NCBI GenBank assembly: GCA_964016885.1
Contig: CAXHJY010001532.1
Span: 1 to 64,000 of the forward strand
Source: Eledone cirrhosa
Lineage: Eukaryota
Reading direction: 5' to 3'
Length of the DNA: 64,000 bases
The notes under the pieces are model-generated. The model searched no databases and had not been told where the DNA came from. It saw only the letters and a program-made list of their open reading frames with translations. This document shows positions 14,501-26,089 of this stretch, in pieces (position 1 is the stretch's first letter; every line of letters starts with the position of its first letter). Position numbers and translations under genes: made by a program.

Positions 14501-14600
14501 TATTTCTTTAATTCGGAATTTTCTCGGGAGGATAACTGGTTCCTTGCTACGCCATATTTCGTATGTGTCTGCTAGGTTTTCACTCCTCAAGGCTTTCCAG
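11517..14600 (-). pseudogene. PLE polyprotein: N-terminal ORF, RT, thumb, GIY-YIG endonuclease; broken by several 1-nt indels
   Basis: IINIS..LTQPEIQLLENGLKFTPIP; IIIKEADKGGTIVIM; FYGLPKIHK; LRPIIAGP; SFDVISLYTNIP; KGTAMGTKVAPTYA; RYLDD; PFLD; KPTDTHQYLNFRSAHP; [19 protein letters not shown]; [13 protein letters not shown]. Frame changes near 13840-13745, 13730, 13100, 12000 and 11900. Confidence 0.9.
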
Positions 14601-15129
14601 TGACCATTCTCAACACAAAGGAATCCCCTGAATAAACGAATTTTTCGAGAATAACCGGGGCAGGCCGCACTTGCTACATTTCTCCCCACCCAACCCTACT
14701 CACCGTCTCAACTCATTACTGCTATTAACACTTTTTCAACACACCTACACCCATACACTTATTAAAAGGGGGAGAGAAAAACCCCCACCACACCACAGAC
14801 ATGTTAAATCCCTATATATAGAACAACACACCACATACACATCAGTTTGACAAGCGCACCTCAGCGTGATAGGTCGTTCTAAAAACGAAACAATACCTCC
14901 TACGTTAACCAAGAACTCCTAAGACCTACTTAATTTATAAAATAATTTTTTTTAAGAAAAAAATGTTTTTTCTAATCCGGAAAAAAATTCTTTTTGGATT
15001 TTGTGAAGAAAATAAATTTGTTGAAAGCACAAGTGAAGCCATTTTTTCTTCCCTCCTGTATTAATATATATATACATATATATATAATAAATATATATAT
15101 ATATAATATATAATATAGGAACGAGTAGG

Positions 15130-15225
15130 ACCCCGACGGCTGAGCTCAAGCCGTTTCGACGGCTAATTCTGGACTAAATGAACATTTTTATCCTGGTATT
15201 TGAATAGCCGAGCTTCTCAAGGGGT
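15130..15225 (-). ncRNA. Type I hammerhead, U3-A8 variant (left arm)
   Basis: Minus strand: acccc-TTGAGAA-gctcggctattc...gaattagccgtc-GAAA-cggct..agccg-TC-ggggt; GUC triplet. Confidence 0.8.
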
Positions 15226-16756
15226 AATTCCATATATGGTAAAAGTGTTTGTCACAAGGATTGGTCAAAATTTTGTTGTTGAGACATAATAATTCAATGA
15301 TGGCAATTTGTGGAGGGAAGGGGTAGCTGAACCTGCCAGTAGGAGAAAAAGGGAGAGGGGGTGGAGGAGACCCATTCATGCGTTGATAGTGCCGACTACA
15401 GCTGGGCATGAGGTCAAAGAAGATACTAGGGAGGGGGAGGGGGAGTAAGTCGAAACGATAAGTAGAACGATATGGGGTAAGTATATAGAAAAATACCGAG
15501 AGTGTTAAAAAGCAATTAAAAGTAAAGAATAATAAACAATATCTGGTTACTACGACCTAAGTCTCTCACTGGTACAGCTAGGCTAAAGAAAGGTATACTA
15601 GGTGGGACGGAATAATAATGGGACCCTTTTAAGAGGTATAAGTAAACCGAATATATCTTACGGTGACGGGTCAACAAGTGAGGGGCCAAGATACTAAAGA
15701 AATTACCACTAAATAAAAAAATAAAGGTTTCTACCCCAGACACAAGGCCAGCAACCACCCAGTGCAAACAAGTAAACTAATACGAAATAATAATTCAGAG
15801 TCCCGGAAAAGAATACTACTACTATCTCTAAGGGTGCCGCCACAATACAAAAGTTCTAGTGCGAGCTACATAAAAGCTCGTACGGAGTATAAGTAAAATT
15901 TGATAAGTAATTTTGTAATGGGTAACCCCTGCTTGCAAAGGTTAGACGTAAGATCTTCTTTTAAATCTTTTTATCGCTTCCTCTATATTTCCTTCTTCCC
16001 CCATCCCTCCCTAGTTCTTCCACCCCAGTTCTCTTTCTTTGTCGTCTTTTTCTCGCCCACCCGAGGCAGCGCCTCGGTCCTTTGTAGCCCCAGTACCCCC
16101 ACCCCTTTCCCTATTCTATGATAGATTTGGCCGACTCCGCTTTTTATAGCAGATGTGTTAGACCCCGGATACTTGCCCTCTTATCCGACCGCTGCCCCTT
16201 TTCCGTGCTTTTTATATTTCTTAGTGGTATCTTTGCTTTAATTTCTCGTATATCAGTTTTTATTGGGGAGGGGGGGGGGTGTTCTGAATTAATTTTCCTT
16301 ATCAAATTGACCCGTCACCGTAAGATATATTCGGTTTATTACTTATACCTCTTAAAAGGGTCCCATTATTATTCCGTCCCACCTAGTATACCTTTCTTTA
16401 GCCTAGCTGTACCAGTGAGAGACTTAGGTCGTAGTAACCAGATATTGTTTATTATTCTTTACTTTTAATTGCTTTTTAACACTCGGTATTTTTCTATATA
16501 CTTACCCCATATCGTTCTACTTATCGTTTCGACTTACTCCCCCTCCCCCTCCCTAGTATCTTCTTTGACCTCATGCCCAGCTGTAGTCGGCACTATCAAC
16601 GCATGAATGGGTCTCCTCCACCCCCTCTCCCTTTTACTCCTACTGGCAGGTTCAGCTACCCCTTCCCTCCACAAATTGCCATCATTGAATTATTATGTCT
16701 CAACAACAAAATTTTGACCAATCCTTGTGACAAACACTTTTACCATATATGGAATT

Positions 16757-16852
16757 ACCCCTTGAGAAGCTCGGCTATTCAAATACCAGGATAAAAATGT
16801 TCATTTAGTCCAGAATTAGCCGTCGAAACGGCTTGAGCTCAACCGTCGGGGT
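16757..16852 (+). ncRNA. Type I hammerhead, U3-A8 variant (right arm)
   Basis: Stem I acccc/ggggt; TTGAGAA 16762-16768; stem II cggcta-ttc/gaa-t-tagccg; GAAA 16825-16828; stem III acgg/ccgt; GUC ending 16847. Confidence 0.8.
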
Positions 16853-17038
16853 CCTACTCGTTCCTATTACCCACTCTACTACCCTAAGTATTGAGCACTT
16901 TGGTGCGTTATGGTCCACCTGGTTCCTTACCACATTTCCTCCGTAATATATAATATATATATATATATAATAAATATATATATATATATAATAAATATGT
17001 ATATATATATATATATAATATATATATATATAATATAT

Positions 17039-17072
<34 letters not shown>

Positions 17073-17131
17073 ATAAATATGTATATATATATATATATGA
17101 TATATATATATATAATATATATATATAATAT

Positions 17132-17206
<75 letters not shown>

Positions 17207-17457
17207 ATATATATATAATAAATAAATATATATATATATAATAAATAAATATATATATATAATAAATATATATATTATATATATAGTATTAGTTATACTA
17301 TTTATGGTTATGTAAACGCAAAACCTTAAGCAGTTGTAAGTATTTTACACACACCCTAAATAGTGGTTGGCAGTAATGTATTACTACCTTATTACCAGTA
17401 AGTTAAGTAGCTCAATGTAAAAACATCAGATGATTTACAGAGCAGTTATATGAAATA

Positions 17458-17564
17458 TAAGATGCACTTCTACTCATAGAATATAAAAAATTTAAGATGC
17501 ACTTCTACTCATAGAATATAAAAAATATAAGATGCACTTCTACTCATAGAATATAAAAAATTTA
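17458..17564. repeat. 35-bp tandem triplication in the PLE RT region
   Basis: taagatgcacttctactcatagaatataaaaaatt starts at 17458, 17493 and 17528. Confidence 0.9.
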
Positions 17565-17626
17565 ATATAGAAAGAACTAGAAAACAACTGCATAAGACAT
17601 TCAAAAACTTTAACCTTAGTATCACC

Positions 17627-18943
17627 ATGGACAAAAACACTAAAAATGTTAACTTCCTAGACGCCACACTATACCTAGACTCAAAAATATATACACCTTT
17701 CCATAAGCCTAATGAGAAACTTATTTACGTAGATACCAAGTCTAATCACCCTAGATCAATATTAAACTCTATCTCTAAGGGGGTGTCCAATAGAATCTCT
17801 AGTCTGTCCTATGACGCAAACATATTTAGCAAAAACTCACAATATTACAATCAAGCATTAGCTAGCTCCGGCCATAATATAGAAATTGAGTTCCTACCTA
17901 AGAAAACACATAGCTACAACATCATCTCGCACAACATGTCCATGAGGAAATCTAATAATAGGAATAGCAACCACAAGTACACCAAAGCGGAGGGTGCCAC
18001 CGGAAGTAACCATTACCATGGAAACTACTGTGAGGCCTTAGGAGGAAGCAACACACCAAACACTAAAAGCAAAAATAGAAGAAGAAATAATACATTTTTC
18101 AACCCTCCTTTCAACCTAAATGTCTCCACCAACATACATAGGGCTTTCTTCTCACTACTAGATAAAAACTTCCCTCTAGGACACAAGTACCACAACCTCT
18201 TAAACAAAAACACCATTAAAATCTCATACTCTACGACGCCTAACTTAGCATACCACATAGCTAGCAGCAATAATAGTAAAATTAGTTCTTACTTCCAACA
18301 AACAAAATCACAACGGGATGCAGACCCTCTAAATACCACTGTAGCAAGCAACAATAGCAACGGCAGTAACAATAGAAATAACACTAGTATAAGTAATAAC
18401 ACCAGGGTTGTCAACCCGAACACCCAAAATCCTATATCCACCACACAGACTTCCGCATTGCATTATAACCAGCGGACTAACGCACAGAATAATTGTAACT
18501 GTAGAACTAATAGAACCTGCCCTTTAGATAAAAAATGCCTAACCAAGGATGTCGTATACTCATGCACAGTCACGACTAATAACTCTTCAGAAACCTATGT
18601 AGGCTCCACTTCTAACTGCTTCAAAATCAGATATAACTCGCACATCCACTCGTTCAAAAAGCACAGCCTAGCCAACTCCACCTCACTTTCTAGCTACATA
18701 CACTATCTAAAATCTAAAAATAAACCATACACACTCAAATGGGAAGTGATAGGCAGCGCGACCTCGTACAAACCACCTAATAAATTCTGTAACCTCTGTA
18801 TACTAGAGACACACAATATTATCTTCTCCAACCGTAACCTACTTAACAAAAAATCTGAGGTGTTTGCAACTTGCCAGCACCGCCTCAGACATTCCTTCCA
18901 AAACTTTAAGCCCTATATATGGCAATGTCGGACTGGAACCTAA
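17627..18943 (+). CDS. PLE RT thumb, linker and GIY-YIG endonuclease (C-terminal part of the polyprotein)
   Basis: VNFLDATL; PFHKPN; SNHP; FFNPPF; KISYSTTPN; CNCR..CPLDKKCLTKDVVY..ETYVGST..FKIRYNSH..STSLS..KWE..CNLCILE..LLNKKSE..CQHR. Open for 438 codons. Confidence 0.85.
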   Translation: MDKNTKNVNFLDATLYLDSKIYTPFHKPNEKLIYVDTKSNHPRSILNSISKGVSNRISSLSYDANIFSKNSQYYNQALASSGHNIEIEFLPKKTHSYNIISHNMSMRKSNNRNSNHKYTKAEGATGSNHYHGNYCEALGGSNTPNTKSKNRRRNNTFFNPPFNLNVSTNIHRAFFSLLDKNFPLGHKYHNLLNKNTIKISYSTTPNLAYHIASSNNSKISSYFQQTKSQRDADPLNTTVASNNSNGSNNRNNTSISNNTRVVNPNTQNPISTTQTSALHYNQRTNAQNNCNCRTNRTCPLDKKCLTKDVVYSCTVTTNNSSETYVGSTSNCFKIRYNSHIHSFKKHSLANSTSLSSYIHYLKSKNKPYTLKWEVIGSATSYKPPNKFCNLCILETHNIIFSNRNLLNKKSEVFATCQHRLRHSFQNFKPYIWQCRTGT

Positions 18944-20365
18944 CACCACATCTAGCATCAAACACCAGAGACACACCCTATACTACATACCCAACACTAG
19001 CTGATCCATTATAACACAAACAACGACATCCCTCTGGAACCCTTCGCAGGGAAAATACCCATTTATACCTCTACGGCAGGTGTGACAACATCCACCCACT
19101 TGGACGGCACTACACCGCTCTAAGGGTAATTTGAGCATGAATTGATCGGTTGGATGGTGTTGGGCAGAGGAAACACCTTCCTTAGACAGATGTAAAATGA
19201 TTTAATCGAGTAGCGCTGTTGACCAGTAGGACCGGGCTGCTGAGCGCAGTGAGTGAATGCAATGCAACTGCCGTGCGGGTTGTACGTATATGGATGATCT
19301 GACGGTCAGAGAGGGGTCGCGAGGACTGCGGATTGACCTTTGGCCTGCCTGGGGACGATTACCTTTCGACATCCAATGTAGCAAGCGATGACCCAGATCT
19401 TACCAGAGATCATTGGGTCCTGAAGCAATCCTGCAATCACCGCGCCTGGTCATATGAGCAGACTACAACCACAGAGATCATTAATTTAGAATCCTCGCTC
19501 ATCATCTATAATTTCCATTTGTAGCACCTTAAGATGGGTTAATCCACCTTAATAATAATATGATCACCTTCAGCATAATTTAGTTATACTACTCTATAGT
19601 TAGTACACTATATGCTTTAAAAGTCTCTCTTGGAAGGTGCACCTCACCATAGAATTTAGGGTCTATATTGGGACACATTTTAATGGCTAGATATAGAAAC
19701 CCCAGAGTTACCTCCCCGCATGCATTAACTCCCCTTAGCCACACACACACTTCCGGTATTCAATGGCGTTTCTCGAAACGTAACAACCTCCTGTATCGAA
19801 CTAAAGAACACCAGACTACGATCTCTAACTGGATTGTCGTGGATTATGTGAAAGGCATATAATCGAAATATACACTCCCTTGACCATGTAAATGCCGAAG
19901 TACATGAATTACTTGACATCCCTGCGCTGCGCATCTACAATACTTATAACACTTTTAATGCTTGCACTATCTTTAATGCTTATAATATTTCTCCACACAC
20001 AGACTATATCAATCATATAAAGACTTTGCCACCAGATCTACCAACCTAACACTCTTATTTACCCACCTAAGTGCCTCTACCACACATATCTCTCTGCCAC
20101 ACTATATAAACAAGACGCACATGCGTGCCACACATATAACATTTGCACTATATAACCACTTATCTTCATGTTGTACTTTAACCTATATCCTTGATTTTTG
20201 ATTGTACCTATTAATATAAATGTAATCTCAAAGTGTGTACTGCCACTCTAAATTCTGTAATGAATGTTGACCCACAATGTTTGAATATGTATCAATGTTT
20301 GAATATGTATTGGTATGTCTCTCGGCTGAAAAGGAGGTCATATAACTGTCCATGCATTAATAAAT

Positions 20366-20412
20366 TGCTCCGAAGAATCCAAACCTCGGTTTGGAGGAAA
20401 CAGCTGTAAGCA
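20366..20412 (+). ncRNA. Minimal hammerhead motif, core CCGAAGA (U4C)
   Basis: tgct-CCGAAGA-atccaaacc tc ggtttggag-GAAA-cagctg-TA-agca; palindromic stem III ACAGCTGT. Confidence 0.65.
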
Positions 20413-20596
20413 CAATAATGTTTTGAACAGTTCTTTGATTCTTATATTTCATATATTTCATATTTCATATATTATATATATATAATATATATATATATAT
20501 ATACATAATATAATTTTATATAATATATATATAATATATATTTATTAAAATAACAGATGAAAGTTTAAGCACAGAATCGCTGCTTATATTATATAT

Positions 20597-20742
<146 letters not shown>

Positions 20743-20878
20743 AGAGTTAAACAAGATTAAATGAGTACATCAAAGAATGTGTTTTACAATAGATTGGAAG
20801 CACTCTACAGTAATATTTTCCAGAGTTATTAATATTAATTCCAAATATTAACAAATTAGATAGTCTTGTGATCAATTA

Positions 20879-20945
20879 TATTTTATTATACATATTTCAG
20901 AGGTACCGAATTAAGTTCAACAGTACGTCCTCATCAGATAAAATA
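20879..20945 (-). ncRNA. Minimal type I hammerhead
   Basis: Minus strand: tattttat-CTGATGA-ggacgtactg..cggtacctct-GAAA-tatgta-TA-ataaaata; 8-bp stem I and 9/10-bp stem II. Confidence 0.8.
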
Positions 20946-21807
20946 AAATGATACATGACATACCCTGACATGGTAGATGGTTAAGATTTAATCAAGGTAG
21001 TGATTAACTTATGAGAAAACTCAATATTGATACCCTAATATTGCGAACATGAGAAAACGTAATACAATCAATAGAGAGAGTGTGAGTAATATATTTTAAG
21101 AAATACATGGCATCAATATAACAGTTATAGAATTTTTAATATTTAAAAAACTACTAGAGAAATATGGGGGAGAGGAAAGCATAGAGGAAGACGTAACTGA
21201 TGTTATAACTTATTTAGTATTTAGCTTGAGAAGACAAATGAAAGATAAATAAAGAGAGAGAGAGACAAAGGGGAGTAATTTATGCTCAAGTTTATACATA
21301 CACATATTCATATAGAGTTGGGGTTAATTTTCAAAATATTTAATTTATGTTATTTCAGGGTAAAGAATCAAATTTTATGTTTTAAAAGTTGATGGGTATT
21401 TGTATTAATATTATAATATAAGTATGTTAAATTTCTAAAATTCAAATGTTATGAAGACAAATTTAAAGGATTTACGAGACCCGCGAAAGAAAGAAAATAT
21501 ACATATAATGTTGAATATCCCCACAAAGTAATCTTTACCAAAATTACTTATAATATTGACAACAGTTTCTATAATATAATATAATTTATTGTTAACTAGT
21601 TAGAGTGCCTAAAGTATTAACAGGTCTTATAATTAAACTTAAAGAGGTCAGAGTTTTCAGCTATATATATGTGAGTATTGATCATAATATACCAAGAATA
21701 TGATTTATTATTTGTTCATATATTGTATTAAGTAAATGATTATATAAGTTCGACCTTCCGGGGAAACCAAACACTTATAATAATATCATTTGGGTGTTTA
21801 AATTATT

Positions 21808-22215
21808 TATATAAATGTAACTACGATTATGTTATTACACTAGATAAAGATATTTGTACAAACTATATATAGAGATATACTAGGTATTAATGAAACAGTA
21901 TACATTTAATAAAGAATAATAAAATCATTGTTAGTAGTTTTATATAAATGTAACTACGATTATGTTATTACACTAGAAAAAGATATTTGTACAAACTATA
22001 TATAGATATACTAGGTATTAATGAAACGGTATACATTTAATAAAGAATAACAATTATAAACTTTGTTAGTAGTTTTATATAAATGTAACTACGATTATGT
22101 TATTACACTAGATAAAGATATTTGTACAAACTATATATTGATATACTAGGTATTAATGAAACGGTATACATTTAATTAAAAAAATAGCGATTATAATCAT
22201 TGTTAGTAGTTTTAC
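21808..22215. repeat. ~133-bp tandem repeat x3
   Basis: tatataaatgtaactacgattatgttattacactag...gtattaatgaaac.gtatacatttaat repeated three times. Confidence 0.9.
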
Positions 22216-22334
22216 CTCCAGTTCAGTGGAGAAATAAACCCATATTTGTCAGCTATTGTGGTTTGTTAAATATACATAAAAAAGCAAAGCGCAAATCCAA
22301 CTTTCTGAGTCCCCCAAAACCATCTCAAAATGAG

Positions 22335-22382
<48 letters not shown>

Positions 22383-22426
22383 AAGTTAAATAAAAGTCAA
22401 ATGATTAAAATTTAGCTTCGTTTATT

Positions 22427-22481
22427 ACTGCTATATATATTTCAGTGACAGCCATCTTTGGCTGTGACCTCTTCAGGCAGT
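22427..22481 (-). ncRNA. Minimal type I hammerhead
   Basis: Minus strand: actgc-CTGAAGA-ggtcacagcca aaga tggctgtcact-GAAA-tatata-TA-gcagt; palindromic stem III ATATATAT. Confidence 0.82.
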
Positions 22482-22607
22482 TTGAATTAGTATGGTATAG
22501 ACAAGTACATATGTTGTTTAGGTGTATGATATTGTCAATACTCTGATATGCCCAGTTCCTTGCTGGGTTGTTAATTCACTGGGGAACTGGAGTTATATAT
22601 ATATATA

Positions 22608-22963
22608 TATAAAGAAAAAGAGATGAAACCGAAAATGCAACTGGAGTCTTATTTTTAAAAAAAATATATATATTTATTTGGTTCCTTTACCGGTTTCGCA
22701 GTTCTTCTGCTTTTCAAAAGGTGAGTTGAGATGGAGGGTCTGTGGTTTTTCTCACATCAGATGTGAGAAAAACCACAGATCCTCCCTCTCAACTCACCTT
22801 TTGAAAAGCAGAAGAACTGCGAAACCGGTAAAGGAACCAAATAAATATATATATTTTTTAAAACAATAAGACTCCAGTTGCATTTTCGATTTCATCTCTT
22901 TTTCTTTATACTTTCACTCGTGTAGGGCACCTCGGTTATTTTTCATTTTGTAAAAAAAACCTC

Positions 22964-22970
<7 letters not shown>
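22608..22970. mobile_element. ~300-bp near-perfect palindrome of a PLE terminal repeat, with hammerheads at 22684-22721 (-) and 22797-22834 (+)
   Basis: Arms 22608-22758 and 22760-22910 meet at ctcacatc-a-gatgtgag. Same family as 3712-3935. Confidence 0.88.
22797..22834 (+). ncRNA. Minimal hammerhead, U3-A8 variant (mirror copy at 22684-22721 on -)
   Basis: cctt-TTGAAAA-gcagaagaactgc-GAAA-ccgg-TA-aagg. Confidence 0.75.
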
Positions 22971-23045
<75 letters not shown>

Positions 23046-23786
23046 GTAAACACATGAGTGATCCACAGTTCAAATTAAAATCAATAAATTTACAGGTTAG
23101 ATATCTAAACTATATATTTAAAACAGAGACAGAAAAATAAAGAGATCTGCATCAAAGTTAAAAATATCCCCAAAAGCCATAGGGTATGCATATCTATCAA
23201 GTAAACAAGTTATCAAACAAGTGTCATTCATTCAAACATTAATTCTATTATAAATGATTAGAAGATAAAGCATTATTAAAGTTTTATAAACCGTTATGAC
23301 TTATATGTTCAACAGTTGATGATAGACGTCGAAAATCAGGCCTGATTGTTTACTGTTTTTTCCTGACTTTTTGCGAGGCTTGGAATGTAGACAAAGCTTT
23401 ATGAAGGTAGTTTGAGAATAATTCACTTTTTTTTGTTAATTAAGTTTTCATAATTATTAATTATTAATAGGGTTTCCTTTGTACAGAGCCTGCAGTTATT
23501 TGATATACAAGAGTTGACATAAACTCCACTATTACAAAGCTTCATCCAAAAGATCGAGTATTTTAAATTTTTGTCTTTTAATGACCATATAGGCTGTGAT
23601 AAAGAAGTCGAAGACTTCCTATTAGAATTCGAGAATGAGCATTTATGATTCGCAAATCTTGCGATGGAAATGCAGGATATTACAATGGTGCGCTAAAAAA
23701 GGCAGGTTATAAAAATAATATAGAATATGTATAATAAAATATAATTGATCACAAGAATATCTATTTTGTTAATATTTGGAATTAAT

Positions 23787-24446
<660 letters not shown>

Positions 24447-24825
24447 GTACGCGGGTGTGTATGATTGTGTATAGAAGATTATATTAATAAGAGGAATTCC
24501 AACTTTGTCTGATTTACTCGTTTTATTTACAATCCTTTAAAATTTATAATGGTATTATAATGAAATAGTATGATAGAATATTAAATTCTAAGTGTTAATT
24601 GAACAAGTAATTTCATGCTTTCGCAATCTTCAGGTTCATAATATGTGGTGACAGTCAAGTTTGCAATTTTCAACTGTATTTTCAACTATATTTCTAGCAT
24701 TTTCCCCAATCCATGAGAGCCGTTATTTTATGCAAATAACACGTGATTTCGCCCTACTCTGGGCAGCGTGTATATTAGCTTTCTCTCTATCCATGAGGTT
24801 AGATGTGTCGTGAACAGCATCCACA

Positions 24826-24902
24826 TTTGCTGACTGAGGATCCTGTGACCTGTTATACTACACATATCAGTGGTGAAACGAAGCGAGATTCGTATCAGCA
24901 AA
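24826..24902 (+). ncRNA. Type I hammerhead with looped stem III
   Basis: tttgctga-CTGAGGA-(imperfect stem II)-GAAA 24875-24878-cgaa gcgaga ttcg-TA-tcagcaaa; perfect 8-bp stem I; GUA ending 24894. Confidence 0.8.
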
Positions 24903-25079
24903 CTTATAGTTATAAGGTTGGTAATTTAAAACTCTAATTCAGAGATTTGATTCTGCCTTAGTTTTTTTCTAATTAATTACTAAACCTGTAGGTATTGTTC
25001 TCCATACAGTAACGGTAAAAATCACTTGTAATAATTCTTTACACACATCTCACTGTGTAACACACTTCTCTTTGTGTAA

Positions 25080-25105
25080 TATATTTATATTTATATTTGT
25101 ATATA

Positions 25106-25170
<65 letters not shown>

Positions 25171-25427
25171 GTATATATGTATATATATATATTTGTATAT
25201 ATATATATAATATTTATATGTATATATATATAATATTTATTTATATATGTATATATGTATATATATATATGTATATGTATATATATATGTATATATATAT
25301 ATGTATACGTATATATATATATATGTATATATATGTATATATGTATATATATTTGTATATATATACATATATTTGTATATATATATATTTCTATATATAT
25401 ACATATATTAGTATATATATATATATT

Positions 25428-25521
<94 letters not shown>

Positions 25522-25589
25522 CAAATATATATATATATATGTATATATATATATTTGTATATTTGTATACATATGTATGTATATATACG

Positions 25590-25654
<65 letters not shown>

Positions 25655-25655
25655 T
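25080..25655. repeat. (TA)n/(TATG)n microsatellite
   Basis: Directly visible. Confidence 0.95.
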
Positions 25656-25674
25656 TATTAAAATAACAGATTAA

Positions 25675-25725
25675 AGTTTAAGCAAAGAATCGCTGCTTTC
25701 ACCCTCAACCGGATCTTCTGAAACT
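25675..25725 (-). ncRNA. Hammerhead-like motif, core CAGAAGA (U4A)
   Basis: Minus strand: agttt-CAGAAGA-tccggttgagggt-GAAA-gca..tgc-TT-aaact. A partial homologue lies at 20545-20586. Confidence 0.55.
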
Positions 25726-26089
25726 AAAATAGTCAATCTGTGAACACAGAAGTAAATATTACAAAAAAACGTTGCAACCGAAGGATGACAGGAAGACGAT
25801 ACTTTGGTTCGTGGTAACGTTCCCTGGCAAAGAACGGAAAAAAACGAAGATAATACGTCATTATTTGGTGCAGTCTAAACAATTACACGCGAAGACAAAA
25901 CCACGTTTATGGTATAAATGAAGTCGTAGACTAATATTCTATTAGGTGGTTCATGGAGACGTTCTCTGGCAATGAACGGAAACAACGAAGATAATACGTC
26001 ATTATGTGGAGCAATGAGAACAATACACGCAAAGACAAAACCCCGTAAATGGTATAACCGATAATGATGTATTATCTTCGTTTTTTCCG

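Larger units (their letters stand above)
9583..15066 (-). mobile_element. Near-complete Penelope-like retroelement (RYLDD RT, C-terminal GIY-YIG; Neptune-like) with an inverted terminal repeat copy at its 5' side
   Basis: Coding region 11517-14600 on the minus strand. The 3' terminal segment 9622-10077 is the reverse complement of 14600-15066. Both ends abut (TA)n. Confidence 0.9.
15115..16944. mobile_element. Non-coding fold-back element: ~560-bp inverted arms (15115-15674 / 16307-16867), each with a hammerhead
   Basis: Arms are near-identical reverse complements (mirror ORFs 15188..15409 and 16573..16794 differ by one residue). The right arm continues to 16944. The same family end is at 39520-39714. 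Confidence 0.85.
17285..20470 (+). mobile_element. 5'-truncated Penelope-like element, Naiad-like type
   Basis: Decayed RT end (17285-17626), intact thumb + GIY-YIG ORF 17627..18943, and a 1.5-kb trailer ending in a hammerhead motif at 20366-20412 just before (TA)n. Confidence 0.85.

Noticed and set aside
14845-14910. TTGACAA...GAAA in the large PLE's terminal repeat (mirror at 9780-9835)
   Set aside because: Could not build convincing stems I and III, and the two copies differ by an indel here; left uncalled.
15188-16794. Duplicated 73-aa and 83/116-aa ORFs as a gene pair
   Set aside because: They mirror each other only because of the inverted repeat; no recognisable protein features.
17627-20470. 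Selenocysteine recoding / SECIS in the Naiad-like PLEs
   Set aside because: The 438-aa ORF has no in-frame TGA, the stops I checked in other copies are TAA/TAG, and I found no AUGA..AA..GA SECIS fold in the trailer by eye. A SECISearch run would settle it.
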